Positions 13,471-51,750 of a stretch of DNA of 64,000 nt are shown piece after piece. The stretch is from assembly GCA_963693365.1 (NCBI GenBank), contig CAVNZM010000008.1, forward strand, positions 9,980,293-10,044,292. The letters run 5' to 3'. How positions within the stretch are numbered: the stretch's first letter is position 1; every line of letters starts with the position of its first letter. The notes under the pieces were generated by a model. It had not been told where the DNA came from. It did not search any database and worked only from the letters and a program-made list of their open reading frames with translations. Origin of the DNA: Amoebidium appalachense. Lineage: Eukaryota > Protista > Ichthyosporea. The translations under genes were made by a program, and so were the position numbers.

Positions 13471-14022
13471 GATCTCTAGAAGGAGGTGCGCGGGCGCCCC
13501 AAGAGAGGAAGTGACCGCAAGAGAAATCCTCAGGAGAAAGACTTATCTAAGAAACGACCACCGTTGAAGCTAGAGACACGGAGAGAACTTAGCACACAGG
13601 AATAGGTGCGAATGTGGTGACACTAAACAAAGCTTTTCAGCGGGCGGCGCGCTGCGCGCGCCTCAGGCTATTCATTAAAGTTAGTCAACAACACAATGTC
13701 TCTATCCTGAGATGAACAGGCGATTATAACACCTAAACGAAAGTTAGACTGGCTGTCTCAGGTTATAATGGTGCGGGTAGGCGAGTGTGACATGCGTGCT
13801 CAGTGAAAACAAAATCCCTGAGTTTCAAAAGCACCTGTATCAAGTGTGTTTTGGCTTCTGAGGGGCTGCCCGCCAGAGGATATATTTACGTATTAGCGGA
13901 TAGGTATACAACGGTTTATCTGATCTATCCAAAGTACGTATATCCTGGAAATACCCCACCTTTCGCGAGACCAAAATGGATGACGTCACAAAACTTCGGA
14001 AAATACCCGACTTGAAACCCAA

Positions 14023-15545
14023 ATGTCGAACCCTGACACCGACGAGGAAACACCAGCGCCTTCCTTATTGGTTGCGCATGTTAGTTTATCTGAAACTTTA
14101 TCAGCAGATTCATTGGCTATTGTGCAGAAATGGCGGGAGGCCTTGGCAGCCCAAGTTGGCCGGGGGGCTGCACGTGAACGTGTCAGTGTCACCACACGGT
14201 ACACGAGCCGTGCACACCGGCTTGTGGGGCTACAGTATGAAAAACGTTTGAAACCCCGTTGGCCCATGGTGTGTGTGGTGTGGCCAACGTTAACAGTACG
14301 TTGATCTAAAAAGTCGAAGAGCCGCACGGAGGCAACATGGCCCTCATTAATTTAGTCACCTGGAGCAGCAGGCTAATGAGCAGCCCAACACTACAGACAC
14401 ACTTGCATTCACACTTGCAGGCGGGAAGGCGGACTCGCGCACGCAGCACGCATGCACGCTCGTACGCCCGGCACTCAGTACGTAAGCACTCGCACACGTA
14501 CAGGCACATAAGTGTCATATACACACTTGCACAACAACCAGACGCCTTTGCACACGCACACACACACCACACACGCAAACGCGTGCACACACGCACGCAC
14601 GCACGCACGCCCGCACGCACGCACGCACGCACGCCCGCACGCACGCACGCACACACGTGGATGCACGCAACCACACGCACACGGTGCACGTATACACATG
14701 CACTCAATACACAACTCATGCACACACATACAACCCACGCACACACACACAGGCACGCACATGAGCACGCAGAACACACGCAGACACGCACCATTGCACA
14801 GCCTCCTTTGCACGCACATAACCAAGCACAAACAGCGCACATATGCTCGACAACAAACAGTAACATATACTCACCAGCGTGAGACTTATTATGCACAAAC
14901 ACTACATAGCTTTGGCAATGCGGGGAGGATCGAGTTAGAGCAGCCAATAAAAAGCTATAAAAAAAAAAGGTGAAAGAAACTACGTCAATAGGACATGCAC
15001 CCACAGTCAAGTATGCACACAAGACACACACAGAAACAGACACAGACACAGACACACACACACACACACATCTGTGCAGCCGAGCACATGTACAACTTAA
15101 GTGCAAGAAGTATGGGAGCAAGCAACCTAACACCCACACAAGCCGTTCCCCTTCACCCCCAGAGAATGGGCCTTTCTAACAAGTAATAACCCATGCCCTT
15201 TATGTGTGCTTTGCCATCTGGCTTGTGTTGTCCTTCGTGACTACGCTAAGTCTTTGCACTCAAAACACAGCTCCCCCCCCTCTTACCACACAGAGCCACG
15301 TGCAACACGCACACAATCAAACCCAACCACACAGATCTATCCATACAACGATCCTTGGACTCACCTGCTTGTGCACAAACCCAACTCACGGCCACCAGCA
15401 CACTTTCGAAGCAAGACGGATCACACAGACTAACATATTCTACGCGCCCATCGCCCACCACACACAATCTGCCACTGACGCAACTACAAACAAAACTTGT
15501 ACAGTATTACAATCGCAGGCACGCATCAACTGGTTTTGCAACTGA
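14023..15545 (+). CDS. Probable spliced Cys/His-rich gene or pseudogene, possibly transposase-derived; ends uncertain
   Basis: Phase-consistent GT-AG exons at 14878-14969, 15163-15249 and 15335-~15443 read RETYYAQ...YKKKR-EWAFLTSNNPCPLCVLCHL...DYAK-SIHTTILGLTCLCTNPTHGHQHTF. A CCTAAC branch motif lies at ~15126. The upstream ORF 14023-14304 may be the first exon. Confidence 0.4.
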
Positions 15546-16100
15546 GTTGGCATAGTGGTGAAGCTCGGAATCTGGCTCATGCCTTTTTGGGGGGAAGAAA
15601 GGGCATGTATGCTCCTATAGCACAAGAATCCCGGGAGTTGAGACAGAGCGAGCAGAAGGGTTTTTTGTGCTGTCAAAACCATTGAGGCGGGTAACGGAGA
15701 AGAAGACACTGTGAACTATTATTGTATAATAATACCGGGGTGGGTGGGAGTAGTGTGTGTGTGTGGGTGGGGGGGGGAGGGGGGATAGAGAGGAAGTGTG
15801 TGTGTGGAGGGGGGGGGGCAGTGAGGGAGAGAGCACCGAGAACTCAGTGGGTTGGTTCACAATTATTTATTCACCCTGGCACCAGCCTTTTCGCACAGCG
15901 AGCAGCCTAAGCCCGCTAATTACTAACTAGTTGACAAAGCGGCATTAACTTCAGAATCAGACCAGATGCATTTTACAAGAGGTTCACAGTACTCTTTCAT
16001 TTCATCCTTTATACAACAAAGCACATTAAACTACGTTTACTTTCGTACCTTAGTGATTATTCAATTATTCAATCGTTCACCAACTTAAAAACACCACTGC

Positions 16101-17006
16101 TTAGCTGGAGTAGCCGGACGGGGCGGGTGCCGGGGCGGGGGGGCAGGTCTTGCCCTTGCCGTAGCAGCTCTTGCAGGTCTTCGTGTGGGAGTTGCCCACC
16201 CGGCACTTCCACTTGCCATCAGCGCAGCACACAACCTTGGGGATAATACCATAACCGGCAGCGCAGGTGGTGGCATCGGGCTTCTCGGACTTAGGACAGC
16301 ACTTGCAGGCCACAGACTCGCCCTGATAGTCGTCGCAGTTGCAGCGCCACTTGCCGTTACCGCAGCACTTGGCGGGGACCTTCACGTCGTCCTGGCCATA
16401 GCCGCCGGACAAAACACACATTTTGGGGGTGGCGCGGGGTTTGCAGCACTTGCCGGTGGGTGCCGGTGCGGGGGCGGGGGGAGGGGGAGGGGGAGGGCAA
16501 GCCTTGCCGGCGCCGTGGAGGTTGGCACAGACGTCGGCGGTGGAGCCGGCCGGGGCACACTGCCAGCTGCCATCGTTGCAGCAGGTGGAGGGGTAGGCGC
16601 TGGCACCATAGCCACCAGTGCACACCTTGGCGGCAGCGAGGTCACAGCACTTGGGCACGAAGCACGTGACACCCTCGGCGGGGCAGGCGGAGCAGCTCCA
16701 GGAGCCGTCCTTGCAGCACTTGGGGGTGGGGGCGGGGGCATAGCCGCCGTAGGTCTTGATGGGGTCGCAGGTGGGCTTGGCGTCGACCTTGCAGCAGGCG
16801 CAGGCCTCACCCTTGCCACTGTAGCCGCAGGCGCTCTCACCGCTGCAGGTCCACTTGCCGTTGCTGCAGCATGTGGGCTCGGGGGCGGGCCCAACAACAC
16901 CGGAGTAGCTGGTTGGGGCGGGACACTTGGGCTTGTCAGCGGCGGTGCAGCAGTCGGCAGCGGCGCTGCCAGCGACGGCCAGAACGGCAACGAAGAGGGA
17001 GATCAT
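16101..17006 (-). CDS. Secreted cysteine-rich protein with five internal repeats (301 aa, intronless)
   Basis: Signal-peptide-like N-terminus MISLFVAVLAVAGSAAA. Five units of CC-x7-10-C..Y[GS]..CC-x-[ND]G[KS]W-x-C..C, with Pro-Ala linkers. Strong C/G-ending codon bias, upstream TATA box, AT-rich 3' flank. Confidence 0.92.
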   Translation of the reverse strand: MISLFVAVLAVAGSAAADCCTAADKPKCPAPTSYSGVVGPAPEPTCCSNGKWTCSGESACGYSGKGEACACCKVDAKPTCDPIKTYGGYAPAPTPKCCKDGSWSCSACPAEGVTCFVPKCCDLAAAKVCTGGYGASAYPSTCCNDGSWQCAPAGSTADVCANLHGAGKACPPPPPPPAPAPAPTGKCCKPRATPKMCVLSGGYGQDDVKVPAKCCGNGKWRCNCDDYQGESVACKCCPKSEKPDATTCAAGYGIIPKVVCCADGKWKCRVGNSHTKTCKSCYGKGKTCPPAPAPAPSGYSS

Positions 17007-17073
17007 TTTCTATGGCCAAACACAGAACAAACTGGATTGTGTGTGGGTGAGGTTTGAAGCGGGTCCAAGGGGG

Positions 17074-17081
17074 TTTATATA
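17074..17081 (-). promoter_or_regulatory. TATA box of the Cys-rich gene
   Basis: TATATAAA on the minus strand ~70 nt upstream of the ATG (17006); a CCAAT lies ~30 nt further upstream (~17110-17114). Confidence 0.7.
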
Positions 17082-18940
17082 CGCGGGAGGCCAGCGTGGG
17101 CTCGACGTTGATTGGGGAACAGAATCGGTCAGGTGCTTGCCTTTCTCTCCGCTGGGATGTAGTCTACGGTAAGAAGCCGCGTTTACAAGCTTGAAATGAT
17201 ATTGAGAGCAAACAAGTATTCATATTTTAGATACTGTTTTTTAATGCAAATAAACTGACCAAAAAAACCACGTTTTCTATTTTTCAAGTACGTCCGGCTG
17301 CATTTTGTTACTTGGGAAAAAAAAAGCTTCATGCCAGGAATTCGAATCTGGGGTCTATTGTTCGAGCGAGCGTTTTGATTGGCGCTCACGGCCGAGATCT
17401 TTTGAGGGGATTGCTATTGGCCAAAAGAGCACCACTTACCAGATGCCTAAAACCAATCAGAAATGCAAATATAGTTCCGGCCAATCAGAACTGGCCGGAA
17501 TGATAGGCGGGATCTTGCAACGCCACGGCGTTGATCAAAACAAACAACGGCTTCATGCAGTCGGTCTCTCAGTCTCAGCTGACTGATCTGCTGCCTCTGA
17601 TCATGAACAGGCTTAGAGCTAGCTACTTTTCCACGACAAAATTGTAGTAGCACAGGGCTTTATGTCAACACCACAGGCGCATCTCTGCAGGCCACGTCCG
17701 AGCCTCAGTCGCGGGCCGGCCGCACCGCGCGCGCGGCGGTTTGGGCACCGTGACGTGAGCCACCGATCAATCAGGGTGGCCCGAATAAAAAATATTCCAA
17801 AATGAGGTGGTAAAATGATCGTCGCCGTCGCTAGTAAAAAAAAGCCTATTTTGTTGACTTTCATATATATATATAAATATGTATTAGTAGTATTTAAAAT
17901 ATTCTTATTTTCCTTATTTTTACCGATTTTTATTTTTTTTACATATGAAAAAAGGTGTATGCACAATCCCCTGCCGAAAAGTATGGAAAAGTGGCCCGAT
18001 TTTCCAATTTTGCTATATGTCTCTGGCCGCGGTGACTGATCGATATCGAGTCCGACCTCGTGTGGACTTCGCAAGGTTGCAAGTGGCCATATGGGCTGAA
18101 ATGTGCGGTTCATCGCGGCACACTTTTTGTCTAATAGGACTGTGGTTTTTAGAATGTTGAAGCCCGAAACTTTGGAAGCTCGAGTCTGCACGTTGTTTGG
18201 ACAGGGAAAACGTTAACGGCTTTGTGGCCCAGGAAAAACATTCACAACCACAAAGATAGCCTGGCGTGAAGATATGCTCGTAAGACGGTCATGTTTTTTT
18301 ATAATGGATTTTCTCAAATCATAAGACACTTGTGACCATAGCCGGGCGGCCCCGCCAGCCTGTTGTGGTCCAATTTGTGACAATGTGGACTCTGAGATTC
18401 TGAAGCTTCGCGAGCAAGGCGAGCACAAAATATGTGGAGCCGCTGGAGCGTCCGGGAAACGGTGCCCAATTGCAAGGGTGGTTTCCGAGGCATCCGACTC
18501 AGCTTGTGCGGTTGCTATGGTGCCCGGCCATGGTGCAAGTGGCTTACGTACCTACAACCTAACTATGGCGGTGAAACTTTCACATTCATGCCCATAGCAT
18601 GCATGGACATTTATCTTTAAGCTTTCCGCTAGATTCTCAAAGCGAGCCCTCTAACATCATCGTGGCAGATATTTGAATACTGATCAGACTGATCAAGATA
18701 CTGGGCACTTTCATCACTGCAGCTGGTACGTAGTGCGATCATTTGCTGAAGCAACATGGCAGTGACACGTAGCCTATAGGAGCTCAAACTCGGTAGCCTT
18801 GGCCGGGACACCAGAGTTACCAACACGTGACAACCTCACGCACCGTGGTCGCACCCACACAAAACGTTACAATCGAATAGTTCATAGGACCAGGCAGAGG
18901 CCAGTGGCTGATCTTCGAGGCACGTGGAGCCATCACACTT

Positions 18941-19006
18941 TGAAGTGCATTCATGGCATTGCATGCATTTGCGTGAAGTGCATTCATGGCATTGCATGCA
19001 TTTGCG
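18941..19006. repeat. Perfect 33-bp tandem duplication
   Basis: TGAAGTGCATTCATGGCATTGCATGCATTTGCG x2. Confidence 0.95.
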
Positions 19007-19765
19007 CATGTCGTCATGATCAACACGCTGGTTTTGCTAACGGTTGTACAGAAATTCTAGATCTGTGTGTTTGAATGTGTGCACTGCTGGGAGCTCCGGA
19101 GGACGGCCAGATTTGAATGATCATGATAAATTGTGTACACAAGTTTGCATGCATTCGGGTGTTGTGCATGAAAAACATTTTACATGTCCGCCCATGTCCG
19201 AGCATCGCAAGATGACTAATTAGTATAATAACTGTGTTTTTAACCCCAGCACCCATGGCCAAAGTCGACCTACAGTGATAATTATATTATGCCTGCACGT
19301 ACACCGTTGAACTTCTAATTCAGGTCATTGGCCGACTCATACGTTAAACTGCACATGTACACACAAAAGGCAAGCAGTCAACTTCGAATCACATTCTAAT
19401 TTAGCAGCGCAACTGGCACACTGTCGTCAGCATGAGTATGCCCCACACATCCCCCATCCCCCCCCCCCCCCCCCCCCCCCCCCCTCCTCTCCCACTTCCT
19501 CCCCCCATATGGCTCCCCCTGCCTTTCCGCCCCACCCCGCCGGCCGCCCCGCCCCGCCCCGCCCCGCCCTGTCCCCGCCCCGTCTTGCCCTGCCCGCCCC
19601 TCTCCCAATCCCACTCGTGCCAGGGTCAGCCTTGGCATGTGCCTCCACTGTTAAAGCGAAGAATTCGAAAGAATGCTCGTTGAAGATCGAATTCTAGATT
19701 GATACCCAACGGTTACTCCGTGCTCCCACACTGTCTTCTATTTTGAAATTGAGGACATAGCAGCC

Positions 19766-19796
<31 letters not shown>

Positions 19797-20050
19797 CCCC
19801 CGGGGTGCTGCAGTCACCCTCAATATTCGAGAGGAAATTTAGGCAACACGTACTGTAACAGTAACTGCTGCCATTTATAATAGCTACATATGTCGGCTAG
19901 AAAAAAAGAAAAAAAAAAAAAAAGAAAGGCACCGACCAGCAGGATTGGATCTCGGTGGTGACAACAAAACGACAATTTGAAAACCGTTACGGTTTCCGTC
20001 AGCACAATTATTCATCACATCACTGTTGAAATGTGCGCGGCAAATCACCG

Positions 20051-20127
<77 letters not shown>

Positions 20128-21262
20128 AAAAAAAAAAAGAAAGAAAAAAAGAAACTTTTTTTTGAAAGAAAGAAAAGAAAAAAAAGAAAAAATGAAGAAG
20201 GAGGAGAAGAAGAAGAAGAGCCCGAGGGGGAAGAAGTAGAAGGAAGAGGGGGGGGGGGGGGGGGGGGAGGGAGGAGGGGGGGGGGGGGGGAGGGGGAGGA
20301 AGGAAGAGGCGACATGCGACCACCTGTCACCGTCTACTAACAATCGACGCACAACAGAGAGGGAGAGAGAGAAGAAGTAGAAGAAATTTATAAAGGAAAA
20401 GGGGAGAAAGGGGGAGGGGAGGGGAGGAAAGGAGCAGCAATCCTTGGCCTAAGCCACTATCAATAAATCTACCCCCAGCATCCCCTACTCCCCCCCCCCC
20501 CCCCCCCCCCGCCCCCCTTCCCCCCCCCCCCCCCCCCCTCACCCACCCGGCGGAGGGGGGGAGCCGGGTCGGGGGTGGGGGGTAGTTATGTGTGGGTATA
20601 TGCGAGTTTCTGTGTGATGCACGGGGGTGACGTACGCGTGCACGTAGCCATGTGTTTAGGCGCGTGGCTTACAGTTATGGTTAAACACGTGACTTCTTCG
20701 ATGGTTTGTGACACCCCTGATATATATGGGCCTCAGGCAGAACAGGCACAACTTTCTGACTTGTATATCTCTTTCCGTTCCTGCAAATTAGCTGTTCTGC
20801 CTTTCGATTACTTTAGAGGCGCCGCCATGTGTGTGAAATTTTTTTTTTTGAAGAAAAAGCGGCCATCTACAAAAACTTAAGTTGAACTTCGAAAGTTATT
20901 TTTTCACGTGGAATTTATGTTATTGTGTGTGGAAAACGGCACTCACGTGGGGCCCTCTTCGTTTAAACTTGACGCCCTATAGATCTGCCCTTATTTGGCA
21001 GGAGGACCCTCTGCAAACGGGGTTGTTTTTGCAGAGGGTGGGCCTGTTTTGCGTAAAACTTGCACAACAACCCTCTGCATTTGCACTTGGTAGTAGCAAA
21101 GCACCCGCCTGTGTCATAGAGGGACATCTCTGGGCTAGCCTAAATCAGAGACTAAGGGTGATTCTAGTCTCGGGGGAACCAGGATTTCTTAAGACCATGT
21201 CCAAACCGCTTGTACATTTACCCCCCCCCCCCCCCCCCCTGCAGAGGTCTCTCTGCGATTAG

Positions 21263-21296
<34 letters not shown>

Positions 21297-22284
21297 TCCC
21301 TCCCTCCCCGGGCCCGGGGGGTGGCAGAGTCCCTAGTTTTTACGATTGTCTGCAACACACTTTGCTGTACTTTGCAGCACATGTCCATATATTGTCTTTT
21401 TGTAGCTATGTAGTAAGATTCTTCATTCACCCCAGGCCTAGGCAAGGCTGGTTCATTTCAGTTTTGGTCAGGTTTCTTTATTATGCTTGATAGTCGTTTC
21501 AACAGGATTTGTGAACAGCTTTAACTTATAATAGTCTTATGACATCGGCTTTCACCCATTTATGTAATCTGACCCCGGGCATACCATGATAGTACTAGTG
21601 GCCCATAATAATATTTGGCTCCAAGAAACAGGGTCACATAACTACATCAAAAGCGCATGTGATGTTCAGACTAATATAAGGATTTGGCGGGGTAAAGTCA
21701 GAAAACAATTCTTATGTGCAAGAAAAACATTATTTACCACAAACACAACTTATTCGAATAATGACTACCTGCTTACCACCCACCTTCTATCTTCAAGCAT
21801 GCAGGCCGGGATAAAAAGTAACAAAAACAAAAACATAAAATTAAAAAAACCATTGACAAAGAAAGTGTTATCTATAGTCAACAAGCCGGCAACTAAATTT
21901 CTTCTCGGTTTAATCACTTCAGTTGTAACTCCCACCTAAGCCTGGTGAGAAAATGTACGACCTTAAAAAAAAGTTCAATAATTATATCCAAAATAACCAA
22001 AAACAGACTACCGGCCGAGACAAGTTAGCATTCATGCGATAAACGATTTGCTGCCTTCTAATGAACATAGAGTACTAAAACAGTTAAATCTGAACATGTA
22101 CATAAACTCTCAAACTCGCCACAAAGCCTCATAAACCATCATCTTTTCTTACTTTACTCAAAACCACATCATCAGTGTTCATACGAGAAATTGCATCACC
22201 TCTACTACTACAAATATAGACCGTACTGTTCAGAGTTATCCCGTATACATCCCTGGGTCTACTCTCCTCCAGAACGCAGAGTGC

Positions 22285-47224
<24,940 letters not shown>

Positions 47225-47420
47225 ACTTGCAGGTCGCCACCCATACAAGATTCACTGAATAATATAAATGTGTATCAGTGTATGTGTGGAGAAAAGAGAG
47301 CTGTGGGAAGGGCAAAAGGAGCCTGTAAAAGAGAAGGCGGAGAAGGGTAAGAAGGGGGGAGGGTGGGTGGGGGGGGGTGGGGGGAGGGGGGAGGAAAAGC
47401 TGGAGAGGTGAAGAAAGAAT

Positions 47421-47454
<34 letters not shown>

Positions 47455-47472
47455 TGCAGCAAGAATAGATCC

Positions 47473-47645
<173 letters not shown>

Positions 47646-48430
47646 TGTAGAGTTAACAGACAAGTGAGGTGGGTGCCTAAAAAAGTTAAGTATGAAAGGT
47701 GCTTGTTGGTGCATGTGTTTCTGGTCACAGTCTGTCGAACGTGAGACTGGGGTGATGAGGATATTTCTTTGTGTCCCCAGTGCGTTGATATATGCATAAG
47801 AACAGGGACCGCGTGTATGTAAGTGTCGATGCTCTTTGTGTGTGTATACAAGGGTGTGCGGCTACACAGAAGCACGAATCGACTGCAGTGCAGTGTAGCG
47901 TAAGCGAGTTGTGTCTGATTCTGTGCCCCTGTTGATGCTTGCTTGCCTGTGTGTGTCTCTATTTGCACTTTGTGGAAATAGGTGATTGATAGCTCACTAT
48001 TACGATTCAAAGATGTGTGTGTGTGACTCCAACGGTTCAAGCAAGAAAGTGAAGGTAAGGAAGGAGCCCGGAGACTGAGTGAGTGAAACGGGTGACTATC
48101 CCCTCCGAGGTATTCTTAGATCTCAGAAAACGCTGAACTTTCGTGATTGAGCCCATCATGCGCCTTTGTATTATATTATATAGGAGCCAAGAAGAGTTAA
48201 TGGTCACCTGGGAGTGGTACCTCTTATGCCAAACTGTGATCCTGGATCTTTCTCGGCCCAGTGTAGGTAGAGCATGTGCTCTTGACGAGCACTCCCTGTT
48301 GCCTTAGATTCAAAGCACTCAGGCTGTTACCACACAGGCTGTTACCACAACAAGATCTCACACAACCCAATAATAGGCATACAGGCTTCTTTCCCTTTTA
48401 GTGTCCTTTTACATGTGCCGTAATAAGCAT

Positions 48431-48453
48431 CTAAACCCTAAACCCTAAACCCT
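48431..48453. repeat. Short interstitial telomere-like (CCCTAAA)3 / telo-box
   Basis: CTAAACCCTAAACCCTAAACCCT, ~1.2 kb upstream of the PDE ATG. Confidence 0.6.
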
Positions 48454-50499
48454 TCTCACGAAGGCGTGGTAACGTAAGAGGTGTGGTTCACTCCGTGCGC
48501 TGCCGTTCGCGCATGCTTGAAAAGGTAAATGCAAAGGTAAATTGTACGTTTCAGTGCAGTGTCAGGAATCCAAATGGAATGTGGGGAGGCTCATGGTGGC
48601 GAATTATGATTGGTTGTATTCTTTTTTTTTTTTGCCTTTGTGTTCACCATAGACAAGATATATCTGATGCAGAATATGCGGCAATTGTTTTATAAACGAT
48701 CCTAGTGGGTTCTACCCACGGCGATATCAGCTTAACCTCGGTCGAATAAATTTGGTAAGAATTCGAGGATATCAAAAAAAGCCGCTTTGCTGCCATCTTA
48801 CTTCCTTGATTAAATTATCCTCGAGGATAGGCCCAATTTAATCCTCGAGGATAGGCCCACATTGCACATGCCATGGACGGGTCGGGCACATGACATTGTG
48901 ACCTCAACTTCCTCAAGTCGCAGCTTCACGAGGCTGCGCTCGTACGTATACCTACTACAGTAGTGTGTGTGCACACTATGTGCACACGGTGTGTGTGTGT
49001 GCGTGTGTACATGTGTGTGTGTGTGTGTGTGTGCGTGTGCGTGTGTGTGTGCGTGCGTGTGTTTCTCTTCTTTCTCGGGCTCGCTCCCTGTGGGTACGGT
49101 AAGCTACACTGTAAAAAGTCACCTAATTAGACTCAAGTCGCGACTTCAAGCCAGGACAAGTCACCAGCCCCTCTCACCAATTTTGATAATAAGTCCAAAT
49201 TTTTTTAGTTGACTTAGTTGAAGTCAGGGTTATTGTGACTTCAAGTCGCAACTTTACGACTCTGCGCTCGCCGCCGAGGGGCTCACATTTTGATGATGTA
49301 CAGCTCGCGGCAGTGCATGCTCAATACGATTCAGAGTTTGATTGGGCCAAAAGCTGTAATGGAGCACCTCGCCATTATTGGGTAGCGCCATGATCTCTGT
49401 AACCTGATTGGAAATCCGATCTTTGCGAAAGCAGCTTAGTCCTTCCCCTTCGCATTCCCCGGACCCTGTCCCTATATCCGAAGGCCCAAACTCTCGGTCA
49501 TGTGACCTCTAAGTGACCGAGTTTGGGAATAATGACTTTATTGACTTGCTCGCCAAGTAAGAGGCAATTTTTTCTTTGACTTCACTACCGGAATTTATCA
49601 TGTTCAACCGATAGATATGTATGCGCGGCACACTTAGGGGGCAAGAAAAAATTGAAAAGAAAACTGAAACCCTAACGTTTTAGTCAACAGCAAGTGCATA
49701 CTAAAATACCTGAACACGGTATGAAAATCATTTTAAAAAAAATCAATGGCTGCGCCACATCGTTATCGCCCAGCCTCGGCCTCGGCCGGCTGGGCTCGCT
49801 GCCGGGCCCTCGCTTCCCTCGGCCCAGCGCTCGCCCTGCCAAAACCATCTGGTATCTTCGATCGCGATCTCGTGCACTGCGTGACGTCACAAAACGGAAC
49901 ACCGTGTTACAGATCTCGATGGGATAGGTGATTGGCAGGCGAGCACGTGTTTCTTTAGATCCATCCGCCAGCATTCCCTGTCATTTAATGCAACTAAAGC
50001 TCTGCTGACCAACTATGTATCTTCGATTGCCAACGAATGATCTAACGTCAAATTCACCAATCACATAATGTTGTTTGCGATTCTATATCATCAAGGATTT
50101 TAGCCCTCCAGGTCATTGCTTTTTTCCCAAACTTTTGATTGGCAAGAGGTCCAAAACACTTGAAAACAGAATGCCTCTGCTCCAGATCTCGTGAGATCGG
50201 CGCGCCTACATAATTGGTACCGCGGAGGATCTATCTATTGCCGGCAAACAGCTCAGTCCTTCCTCCCCCCATACCCCTCTCTATCTCCAAAGACCCAGCC
50301 TCCGACCGAGGCTGGGAATAAAGAAATCGGTTATCTCAAAAAAACTATTTGGCATTTCAGTCAAGTTGTGAACTCGAACCTACTTACATGTAGGAGAGTT
50401 TTCTTGCAATTGGCTTGATGACATGTTAGTGCTATATACTGATCAGCTTAATTTTTGAGCAGCTCCCTCCTTCTCCCTCGACGATTCTGATGTTTCCAT

Positions 50500-50562
50500 T
50501 GCCAATCTCCAAATTTTAGATATCTCATCATGCCAATCTCCAAATTTTAGATATCTCATCAT
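50500..50562. repeat. Perfect 31-bp tandem duplication
   Basis: TGCCAATCTCCAAATTTTAGATATCTCATCA x2. Confidence 0.95.
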
Positions 50563-51056
50563 TCCACAGGCCATTCCACACACATGCTCTTGGGTGCTAA
50601 TATGGCACAAACTTTTGGCAAACGCCTGGTGTTTCCGAATAATGTTCCAGTGCCACGCGTGGTAAGCAAGCCACGTGTGCACACCCACCCACCCACCCAC
50701 CCACGTATACACACACACACATATATGTATTGTATATATAAGCGGCTGTACGTACATATCAACCGCTTCTACTCGCTTGCGCAACGTAATAGTAGCCCAT
50801 GCATATGGCAACGCAATGCACATGTACACGGACACGTTGCCACGCATCCGCAAGTTTATCAAGCGCAGCCCCTGCCAAATTTGCCACGTCTTTTTTTATG
50901 CCAGCACTTAGCTTGGTGTGTTTTTGTCACGGGGGGAATGATTCCCGAGAATGGTGGTGGTGGTGGACACCACTGGTGGTCCGGTGGTGGTGGTGGCGTG
51001 TGTATTTGTGTGTGTGTGTGTGTGGTGGTGGTGGTGGTGGTGGTGGTGGTGGTGGT

Positions 51057-51101
<45 letters not shown>

Positions 51102-51353
51102 CTGGGGGGGAAACGGAGGGGGTGTCCTGGCGAAGGACTCCGAGGGGGCCGTGGGCGACTCGGCTGAACTCGCAGAGGGCCGGGGCCTGGCCGCGGGTCA
51201 CGTTTAAGAGGGGGGGGGGGGGGGGGGGGGGGGAGGGGGGGTTACAACCCCTGCTCGGCCTAGTAAGTTCTTCTAGTACGGTACCGCTGTCACGTCAAGA
51301 TTATCTTGGGCTTTTTTGAATTTGAATTGGAGGGATAGGTGTATAATTTTGAG

Positions 51354-51389
<36 letters not shown>

Positions 51390-51750
51390 ACCACCACCAC
51401 CACCACCACCACCGCCGCCGCCACCACACACATCTCCAGCTGACCCCCGGGAGAGCCCAATATTGCAACCTCATCGGCTCACCAACAGCAAATATGAGCC
51501 CCCTGAGCCCCCAGCCGATAACCACACCCACAAAAGCAGTGTGTGGGGTGGACCCGTGCTGGGGAGGTGATACGGGCAGACCCCTACGTGGCCTTCAAGA
51601 CCCGAATCACCACCCACACGGTAGTCCCGAAGTACCATAAGGACTTCATCAACACCGACAGCATCGACATCTACCAAGTCATCGCACTGAAGGATGGCTC
51701 CGATCCGGCCGAGCAGTGGAGGAAGAATTTTTCCGCAATGACAGCTGTTA

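Noticed and set aside
13610-13800. Hairpin-rich segment resembling a ribozyme or Helitron end
   Set aside because: No CUGANGA/GAAA core with matching stems, and no hairpin followed by a CTRR terminus.
16185-17057. 290-aa plus-strand ORF
   Set aside because: Antisense of the codon-biased Cys-rich gene.
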